A stretch of 64,000 nt of DNA from positions 95,542,001-95,606,000 of the forward strand of contig NC_043006.1 of assembly GCF_006345805.1 (NCBI RefSeq), read 5' to 3'. This document shows positions 53,930 through 64,000 of the stretch, one piece after another. The position numbers and the translations under genes are program-made. The stretch's first letter is position 1, and every line of letters begins with the position of its first letter. This DNA is from Octopus sinensis (lineage: Eukaryota). The notes under the pieces were generated by a model that was given only the letters and a program-made list of their open reading frames with translations, was not told the origin of the DNA and made no database searches.

Positions 53930-54289
53930 TACTGTTTCGTGACAGTACTGCATCTGCGGAGAGATAGTACTGTCTTACCTGCTATTATTAGTTTCATGCG
54001 ATAAAAGCATTTTAAACAGTAATTTTTAACCACATTTGGTACGTTATCGCAATCCCCAGGTAATGCTCGCTTGGCATTACAACTAAAAATAGGACAACTG
54101 TATGAGAGTAAACGAGAATAGGCGAGAAAGAATTAGACATAAAAGATTAAAAGTTAACAAGCAGGAAAGCGTAAAAGAAAATAGAAAGAAGCAAAAAGTG
54201 GTGGAGGTCGAAATTAGATTTATGTCCTCTTTGACCTTTGCTGAAAGTATAGTGGCCTGAAGACTGCTCAGTCATGAGGGTTTAGTACT

Positions 54290-54700
54290 TACAATCTTTC
54301 CAACAGGATTTAGCCATATGCTCACAACCGCGGAAAATTTCGGATCTAGAATTCATCAGTGCGGTAGAGTACTTAACTTTGATAAGGATTTTTCAGCAAC
54401 GACTAGCTTACATGTTTTCACCCGTTGGCAGCCGGTGTGTATTTTTCGAGTATTTTCCACTTTATCGTAAGTGGAGTGACGTTAAACATTAAACACCATA
54501 CGTGGTTGACCAACGTAGTCGCTTTAATTTTGTCCCTGTGTCCAAAGGAATATATGTGGTTAGCATAGTGACTTTTGATGATGTCGTCACACAGCTCGAT
54601 AAAGCTCTTCTAATCGGTCTTGTTATCTAGCGTTGTTGTGGCGGATTTAATCCTATATCCTTCATCGAGTGAACAGATTCTTGGGTCTCGACCGTTACAA
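54290..54700 (-). pseudogene. Second Penelope-like GIY-YIG endonuclease remnant (different lineage)
   Basis: CNGRDPRICSLD.GYRIK...HYANHIYSF.H...ATTLVNHVW.L...TIKWKILEK...KTCKLVVAEK...LMNSRSEIFRGCEH (NH..SF.H...T.L..H.W.L...I.W.IL...C.LC..EK...N.R.E...C.H). Confidence 0.8.
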
Positions 54701-54954
54701 CTCAGAGTAGACTTTTGGTGTTTTTCGCGTGTATTGGTACTCTTCATATTGGGACTGTAGCTATATAATTTCACTGAGCGTCTGCATATATGTATATATG
54801 TATGTTAAATGTTTTCTTGTACCTGTGATTTTCTGGAAACTGTTTGTTTCGGTGTGACGGGAGTTTGTTATCAATGTTTTTTCATTAAGGGAAGGGGAGT
54901 GAGGGGCGAACCTAATTATAGTCTTAGGTTTATTTTTAGGTCTATCATTTATTT

Positions 54955-55176
54955 TTTTTTTCCCCACAAGGGTCTAAACATAGAGGGGACAAACAGGGAC
55001 AGAAAAAGAGATTAAGTCGATCACATCGACCTCAGTGCGTAACTGGTTCTTATTTAATCGACCCCGAAAGGATGAAAGGCAAAGTCGAGCTCGAAGGAAT
55101 TTGAACTCAGAACGTAGTGGCAGACGAAATAATGCTAAGCATTTCGCCCGGCGTGCTAACGATTCTGCCAGCTCGC
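54955..55176 (-). mobile_element. Full-length SINE family 1
   Basis: Reverse complement of the 5636 and 37163 copies. Confidence 0.9.
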
Positions 55177-55949
55177 AATTTAGGTCTTTCATTATTATTC
55201 CTCCTATTATTGGAGTGGTTATATATTAATTTATCCTTACATTCACACATTTTATAATCAGTTTGGCAATCATTCGACCTGCATTTTTAAATATTTATTG
55301 CTAGCCGTCCATTTATTTCATATACAAGATATTTCTCATTCTTTAACATCTACAATATATGGCAGAGTGTATAATCATTTCGATACATTTGAAAACAAAT
55401 ATAATGTTGACTCGTCATTTTCGGGCATCCCCTTAGGTGATTATAGTCGACATATAGTAATTTTTACAATGACTTTGCCATACAGGCAAACAATGATATC
55501 AACTCATTATTAGAAGTCCAGCATATACGGGACAACATGCGACTTGTGCAATATTACAATTCTTTTAATGGGCATACAAGCAACAATTCTAACCTGCCAT
55601 TTCAAGACATCCGTTCACGTTAATGAACGCTTTGATATAAATAGTTTCAATGTTCCCATCATATTATCATATTATTTTTTCAAATACCTCGAAAGAACAT
55701 TTTACTTTATAGTTGAGCATAAAAATAATCTAGGCACGCTTATTACTTAATTTGTCCTGACATAAAATTATTTCCAGTGTTTCCTCCAAGCATATGTTGC
55801 ACACCCTAGATCGTGCATCATACGGCTTTGCCTTCCGCAATACCGATCAAGTGGTTACCTAATCTGTTCCTTTCCTGTTCGGGTTTCATACAAGGTCCGC
55901 GAGCGAAGTGCATTGAATCTTGCATCTATTAGAAAATGTTTTAGCGTGC

Positions 55950-56480
55950 TTCTCTAAAGCGGATTTTTAATCTGTCACTCGATGCAACTACGTGTGTGTT
56001 TGTATGTGTATTTCTCAAAAAGTAATTCTCCATAGGTCGTGCATTTTTACTTCTTCGGTAACACTTCCCTATTTCATTTCTTTATAATGTGGCATCTAAT
56101 TGCAATCTTATTCCTATTTCGTTTCACATTATGCATATTGTTGTAGCTGCTATTGTTTTTCTTTCTTCTATGTCGATCGTTCCTGGCTGCTTCTTTCGTG
56201 GTTCTATATCCATTTGTTTCTGGTCCATTTTCTGAATCTTTCCTAAGATCCATTCTAATGCAACTATTTATATTATTTATATTATTTTATATACGACTCA
56301 CTGTTATCTTCTACCACGCCCATCGGATCTGAACTATTCTGTGTTCTACTTTCACATTCTAGTCTGAAATTATTTAGCTTTTTATTGTTTGGTCTATGTA
56401 TAGTATTTTCTAGGTTGTAGGATGATGCTTAGGACAATTTCTCCTTATGTCAGTTAAATATCTTATAATACCAAATAGAT
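55950..56480 (-). pseudogene. Possible highly decayed R4/Dong-like fragment
   Basis: Only a weak LGKIQKMDQKQM motif resembling EL.KMD.KT.K.M. Confidence 0.3.
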
Positions 56481-56839
56481 TTAGATAAAAAAAAGAACGT
56501 CTATCTAATGCAGAGAAATATTCACGATCAATTTTGGATTCGACTTGTAATCCGAATAATAAATTAAATCATAATACGCCATTCTTATCTGATGCATAAT
56601 TGGGTTTAGTGCAAACCATTCAAATTTCTGTATGTATGAATATATGTATGTAAATATATGTTTCTATGTGTGTACGTATGTATGCACATATATATGTACA
56701 TATATATATAATTGAATCATCTGGAGTCAGCTATGTATATATGTATATATATATATATATATATGTCTGTATGTATATATACATATATAATATATATACA
56801 TATGCGTACATATACATATACATGTATATATACATATAT

Positions 56840-56908
<69 letters not shown>

Positions 56909-56922
56909 TATATAATATATAT

Positions 56923-57993
56923 GGACTAAAGCCATCTGAATATGGCTAGGGACAGGGCAGGGTGGTGGGGGTGTTACTGTTGCATTTAGCCTCAGGCGAA
57001 CATCAACGTCGCCAGATAGGCTTGACACCATCACGACATCCTTTATCCTGCAAAGGGAGATAATTCCCCGATGAAGCGGAAACCACACACGGACCTAGGT
57101 TTCAAGGTGTATTGCCTATCATCAACGTGTGGTAGGCCCCCGCCTGGGGCTAAATGCAACAGTAACACCCCCACCACCCTGACCTGTCCCTAGCCATATT
57201 CAGATGGCTTTAGTCCCTTATGTTATGGAGCAGTTACTGTCTATATCTCATTTAGAGAATTATTATTGCTGTCGAACAGATTTTCGAAATCAGCAAATGT
57301 ATTTTGCTTGAAAATCTATATATAAATATCCTGCAGAGTGAGATTTCGTCGAGGAGGCGGGGGCCTACCACACGTTGATGATAGGTAATACACCTTGAAA
57401 CCTAGGTCCGTGTGTGGTTTCCGCTTCATCGGGGAATTATCTCCCTTTGCAGGATAAAGGACACCGTGATGGTTGTCAAGCCTATCTGGCGACGTTGATG
57501 TTCGCCTGGGGTAAATGCAACAGTAACACCCCCACCACCCTGCCCTGTCCCTAGCCATATTCAGATGGCTTTAGTCCCTTATGTTATGGTGTGCAGTTAC
57601 TGTCTATATCTCATTTAGAGAAATATTATTGCTGTCGAACAGATTTTCGAAATCAGCAAATGTATTTTGCTTGAAAATCTATATATAAATATCCTGCAGA
57701 GTGAGATTTCGTCGAGGAGGCGGGGGCCTACCACACGTTGATGATAGGCAATACACCTTGAAACCTAGGTCCGTGTGTGGTTTCCGCTTCATCGGGGAAT
57801 TATCTCCCTTTGCAGAATAAAGGACGCCGTGATGGTGTCAAGCCTATCTGGCGACGTTGATGTTCGCCTGGGGCTAAATGCAACAGTAACACCCCCACCA
57901 TCCTGCCCTGTCCCTAGCCATATTCAGATGGCTTTAGTCCCTTATGTTATGGAGCAGTTACTGTCTATATCTCATTTAGAGAATTATTATTGC
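56923..57993. repeat. Fold-back plus tandem array: 223-bp inverted arm then 2.35 direct 362-bp units, possibly of a LINE 3' end
   Basis: Inverted arm 56923-57145; direct units start at 57141, 57503, 57865. The unit encodes MARDRAGWW (RTE-like A.DR..W C-terminal motif). (TA)n on both sides. Confidence 0.85.
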
Positions 57994-59427
57994 TATATAT
58001 ATATATATATATATATATGTATGCATACACACATATATACACTTACTTACATATAAACGCATATTACACACGGATGAAAACATTTAAATAACATTTTACA
58101 CACTTACACACACGCTTGTTGACGCACACATACACACAAGCTTAATTAAACTTACTCATGAATACAGTCACACACACACTGAAACAGATTCTCTTTCCCC
58201 TCTATCTATCTATCTCTCTCTCTCACACACACACGAAACCGAGAGGATTATGGGGAGAAGCTAGGGCTGTAGAAACCCAATGTTAAACATGTAATATGGC
58301 CGTCGCCGCCACAGTTCACAATCAATGAACAACAGATGGATTTTATTGCATATTTTCTTATCCCATCTGATCCCCTTCTTTTTTTCCCTCATTACTTCCT
58401 TTCCTCACAAACAACTCACGCCTTTTCCTTCATTTCGCTTACAATATTACTGCTCATTCATTCATTATTTGTTCCTTTCTCGTTTCTTCTTTCTCTAATT
58501 CGACCGCCATAATGATACGTTCATCTTTTCTCTCTTTCTCCCCCTCGAACACTTAAAAATATAAATAGCGACAGAAACTATATTTTCGTTTATTGATCCA
58601 TAGCATCATTATTTTATATTTGTTACTTTTCCTTCATTCCTCTTTCATTCGCACACCCTTTGATTTACATATTTTCTTCTTTAAGAATCCTACATTATTC
58701 ATTTTCTTATTTTCCTATTTTTGCTCTCTCCATCCGCTTTTTTTCTTTCATTTCTTCTTATCTTTACACTAACCCAAACATTTTTGCCTTTTTTTTTTTT
58801 GCATTCATTCCCATTTTCTTCGTTTATGTTTTTTCACCCTCAACACCTCCCCATTTATTTATTTTTTCCTAATTTTCTTCCCAAATACGTTCTGTTATGT
58901 TTAGTTTTTAGCTTTCTGAGATTTTTCTTTCTTCGCCAGGTTCCTCATACTTACCTTGCTCAACGTAAACCTACGAAAACCTTTTGAAAAGCTATCAATT
59001 ACCACGGATATTAAAAATCTGCTCTTCGAAGAGAAGGTAAAAAAAATAAATAAGAGCGCCAATATATTTATAAGAGTGACATTCCTTCAGCCACAAGAAT
59101 AAGGAACACCAACAAGAATAAATCAAAACAAGAAAGAAAAAAAGAATACAAGCAACGTACATATCTGTACAGTATAGGAGTGTTGGGTTGGGTGTGTGCG
59201 TGCGAGCGAAAGAGTGTGTGTGTATGTAGGTGTGTATGTGTGTGCGTGTGTGTCTGTGTGAGTGTGTGATAAGATTTGATGTTGTGTCATTCTAGAGGTG
59301 TCTATGTGTGTGTATAACTATGTCTGCGTATGGTTTGGTTGTGTGAGGCTATTGTAGTGTGATGTATTACAAAATGCTGTGTGTATGTGTGCGTGCAGCA
59401 CATATATATATACATACATGCACATAT

Positions 59428-59465
<38 letters not shown>

Positions 59466-59527
59466 TACACCCCTCTCTGTGGTTGTATATGTTTATATAT
59501 ATACATACATACATACACACACACACA

Positions 59528-59578
<51 letters not shown>

Positions 59579-59744
59579 CATACATATGAATGCATGCATT
59601 TATGTGTGCATATGTATGAATATGTGTATATATATATGTGTGTGTGTATGTGTTCTGAGAGAGAGAAAGAGAGGGTGACATATATACGTGCCTACATATA
59701 TGTGTATAGACTTATATATATGTGTATATATATATATATATGTG

Positions 59745-59781
<37 letters not shown>

Positions 59782-60204
59782 ATACACACACATACACACA
59801 CAAAAAACACATATATATGCACACGTATCATATTTGTCGGCGCGCGTTCGTCCGTGTGAGGTGGGTGGTTGAGCGTGCATGTACGTATGGGGGCCAGAGG
59901 GTTTCCTATACGATGGTGGTGAGCGCAATATAAAAACGTATACGAAAGAACGTAGGTTTTATGACGTCACAATGAAAACTTCATCGCGCATGTACATGTA
60001 GAAAATGTTTGGAAGGGAAGCGTGCAAAAGAAGCGGTTTCGGTTCCATACGGGTGCAATGTATGTAGAATGTTTAATCGCCTAATCATTTACAATCGTAC
60101 ATCAGTGTAAATTAATGAGTAGAAGAGTTTATCAGCTTTGCGAATAGTTTTCTTTGCCTGTATGATAATAGGTTCCTTGATTAATATTAATGTAAACACC
60201 ACCA

Positions 60205-60228
60205 CCACCAACAACAACAACAGCAAAA

Positions 60229-60297
<69 letters not shown>

Positions 60298-60350
60298 GAT
60301 AATAATAATAATAATAATAATAATAATCATTATTATTATTATTATTATTA
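60205..60350. repeat. (CAA)n/(TAA)n/(TTA)n microsatellite
   Basis: Direct inspection. Confidence 0.95.
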
Positions 60351-60559
60351 TCCTTTTCATTAGCATCTTCTTTCAGTTGTGTTTCCATTTCTTGCCGAGT
60401 GTCTTCCTGGCACATAGGGCAGAGAAACGTACTGTATACATTGTTTGGCCATTAAAATCAATTCACCAGATTGTTCATTTACAGAGTCATGTGATAGAGA
60501 AAAAGGGGAAAACGGAGAGAAATTAAAGCAGCTGCACGCTCTGGAGTCTCAGATTCTAT

Positions 60560-61790
60560 ATTTGGTTTCTCCACAAAGCTTACACTGAATAATATTGCAA
60601 AGAGGAAATAAAAATTTGCAAAAGAAATTTGTTCCTAGAAGAGAACAGATTTTGCCTATTCTCATCTGGTTGTGAAGAGCAACATATAAGAGAAACTAGT
60701 CGTAAGAATCTTTTTAGTTGGAAGAGAAAAGTTTTGAAGCTGGGCTTGGTGATAAATTATGCTTGAGGAAAAAGAATCGTTTGCAAATATCGAAACCCCA
60801 AGTTGTTAGGTTCTCCATTATGAAAAAGAAAAAGAAAACAAAAATATGATATTTGGATTTACAACAGAAACTATGGAATTTGGATTAGATAGATTCATCA
60901 AAGCAGCCTTGAAAAGAGGTTGATATATTTTTAAAAAAATGAGAAATAAACCGTGTATTTTACACGGCTAAGACCAGACTTACGACTTCTTCAGAATTAC
61001 TCTCTTCGACATTACAACAAGCTAAATGAAACGAAACAGTGACGAAGGCATCCTGTCAATGATTAAATAGATAAAACAGCTAAAAGAATGAAGTAGACAC
61101 AGATAATGTAATCTGTGTCTATTTCATGTTTAATATTTGCACACTAAAGTAATTTAATAAAACCAGACACAAGAAAATGACAACGTAGAGAATACATTAA
61201 GCAAAATTTATTACAGAAATTGTTGAACAGTCTAAAAATACAGAAATCAAAGGTACATATGCAGCTGGAAATGATTATAAAATATCTACTCTAGCACAAC
61301 AAAACTGTCTATTAAGAAATAACGAAGGATTAATGGCATGCTAATAAAAGATTTAACATAAAGCTGAATAAACTGATTTCTGTTTTAAGGAAGTGAAGTC
61401 AGAAATAGATGTTAAAATGAGTTGTGAGAAGGATAAGGAGGAAAAGAAAGTGTGACGGAAAATATAAGGCAACAGAATTTCATGTTAAAGTCTTGTATGT
61501 GCAAAATGTGAAGAAAAAAAATGAATAGATGGTTATACACAAATGAGTAAGCAATATTTTCTAAGAAATGCAGGACTCATAGCTAAGAATAAAGGATTTT
61601 TCATTGCGTCTCAGGATCAAAGCCTTCTCTCCAGAAAACACCAAAGCTATGAAATGACATGGAATTAATTAACTGCGGAATATGTTGCAACACAAAGGAT
61701 ATAATTGGATAGATTTCTGGTTGCCCAGTTTTAGCAAATAGAAAACACATATACAAGCATGAGCGTGCAATTAGCTGATATTTTAGGATT
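60560..61790 (+). pseudogene. Decayed R4/Dong-like non-LTR retrotransposon (RT to CCHC region)
   Basis: TMEFGLDRFIKAALKRG (~60870), GFFIASQDQSL (~61594), CGIC...ISGCPVLA...HIYKHE (~61673). Confidence 0.7.
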
Positions 61791-64000
61791 TGTTCCTCAC
61801 TGTGCGTACTTTGGTTTATCAACAGCGTTTGTGTCTACATCAGAAAAACGTTTGTATTTTTCGGTGCAAAGTGTCAATGCTTCCATCTGTTTTTGAAAAA
61901 TATTATTGTGTTTCATCATCATCATCTTTTTCTCTTCGCTGTTCAATTTTGTCAAAATGCTCTTTAATTTTCATAATTTTCAAGAAAATTTTCTTTCGAA
62001 ACCTTGCGTTTAGAATCTCGTTAGCGCTCAGTCTCACCAACAAACCATATTGCTTTGCACGAAAATGGAGTTTTATTTTAAGCACCACATATAAAACTGA
62101 CAAAATACAACATAAAATTTTCTAAAGTCGTCATAAACTGGATGGAACCCCACAAAAGAAAAAGTGTAATTCATGACGATATTCCAAATAATATTTAGTA
62201 AACGCATGGAGCTATGTCTAATGTAAATGCTCGCAACATTTTGATCCCACTAAAGACACTCACCGTTTCCTTCATATGTTCTGTAACTATATTTACCCTC
62301 TAATTAGATTAGCTATCGTCGTCCTCACTGTGATTGCACACGAAGTTATGAGAGTAGGGATATGTCTTATTGACATAACACTTTAAACTGGAAATCGAAA
62401 GAGAATTTTTCCTTGTTCATTCCATTGAAGGTCAGCGGTTGACTGGTTAGAATACATATTCATGGTCGTCGGACCCTGGTTTTGATTCCTGGAACGGACG
62501 GTGCAATGTGTTTTACGACAAAACACGTCATTTCACGCTACCCAGTTGATTTTTTTGCAATAGGTTAAGGGTTAACTAAGAAATCGACTGGCGTCCGATT
62601 CAGAAAAAGAGGTTTTTGTGATCTCACTTACAAGCAAACCTGGCTAAGACTCGCTCTTACGAGACTTGAGGCTTTTCAAAGACAGACCTGTGACTTTCTA
62701 TTATACAACTGTTGAATGATAAAAATATAAAAATATGGGATGCATCAAAAACATAACTAAGAATTACGCATACAAACTCAATGGCAAGGAAAGAGATTTT
62801 GGTTCATTGGAACGCTGCTGGCGTCAACTTTTCCAAAGAACGGGTAACCACGATACCGCAGAAAAATATTTTACGAACAGATGGCTTGTTTATATCGCGG
62901 TGTTTATATCGCGGAGGCCACTGACTGAGCTGGAGGGATGTTGATATGAATAACCTAAAATGATACAAGCTGATGGCAGAAGATGAGGGCAGAAACCATC
63001 AGAAATGCACAAGTCACTTCTTATTTTATTGATAGTGCTCTTCTCATAATCGGGATATTTGACATGGGTAATAATCGCCGACAACGGGTAGATTGAATAA
63101 ACGTACTTATAGATGTATAGGTACACACACACACACACACATACACACACACATACATATATACACATACACACACACTCTTATACAATTTATGGAGGTG
63201 TGTTTGTGTTTACACTCACCAGTGTGTGTGTATGTGCGTATGTGAGTGAGTATGTGCGTCAGTGTGGGTATATAATTATATGTATAATATCAATAAATAT
63301 ATGATCTTAATGACAGAGTCGTGCTTGGTATATACACACACGTATCCATACACGTATGAACGTCTCTATAGCTGTAAACATGTGTGTGTGTAAGAGTGTG
63401 TGTGTATGTAATATATGCGTGTATGTGGGGTAAATACGTACACAAACGATCGCCAACGCATACACATGTAAGAACACATACATGTACTTAGGCATAAGAT
63501 TTGCCAGTTTTTTTTATTTCTCTCTTTCGCTCACCGTACATTGTATGTGTGCTCTCATTCTTTCAAAACAATCTTTTTTCTTGCAAGCAAAAACACGCAC
63601 ACTCAAAATTTTATACGCATAACAAATATATACAAATATTCATCAATTTTTCTTTTAAAAAAAAAAAATATATATATATATACAGACACATACATACATA
63701 CATTTATATGTAGAGCCACACGCTCATTCTCCCAAGGCTTTCTGAAAGCAGTTATAGAGCGGAAGAAATCAGTATGCGACATTTTACTTATCTTTATGGT
63801 TTCGGGGCATGAAAGTGGTAAATAACCAGCCTAAGGACATATCTGTTGGAGCGTGGAATAATCAGAGAATACAACTGAAAACCCTGCAGCCCTGAACATT
63901 TTAACTCATCCGCTGGCTATTGAAATATTTCCAAGCAAACAAACAAACAAACACACACACACGCACACACGCACGCACGCACGCGCACGTGCACAAGAAC

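Noticed and set aside
57066-57100. Hammerhead-like ccgatgaagcggaaac in the 362-bp unit
   Set aside because: U4 is C in all copies, there is no stem II and stem I does not pair.
588-63825. Most ORFs in the six-frame track (poly-YI, poly-T, poly-S, poly-H, poly-D, CV/HT repeats)
   Set aside because: They are translations of microsatellites or SINE sequence with no domain signal; no host exon could be supported.

Overview
AT-rich, repeat-dense animal DNA with no recognisable host gene, tRNA or rRNA. The SINE families are ones I recognise from octopus/coleoid genomes; that assignment is from memory, not a database search. The window holds abundant microsatellites, three tRNA-derived SINE families, decayed non-LTR retrotransposon fragments (RTE, R4/Dong-like, HERO-like, an APE fragment), two Penelope-like GIY-YIG remnants and several fold-back or tandem rearrangements. 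The standout is a ~3 kb head-to-tail array (38492-41528) of ~590-bp units set in (TA)n. Each unit carries, on the minus strand, a type I hammerhead core (CUGAAGA...GAAA, GUC cleavage triplet) with a self-complementary stem III and an unusually long stem II, and the rest of the unit is full of nested helices. This fits a retrozyme-like, circRNA-producing non-autonomous element. Dispersed minimal hammerheads elsewhere in the window have decayed cores. Almost all ORFs in the supplied track are microsatellite artefacts.
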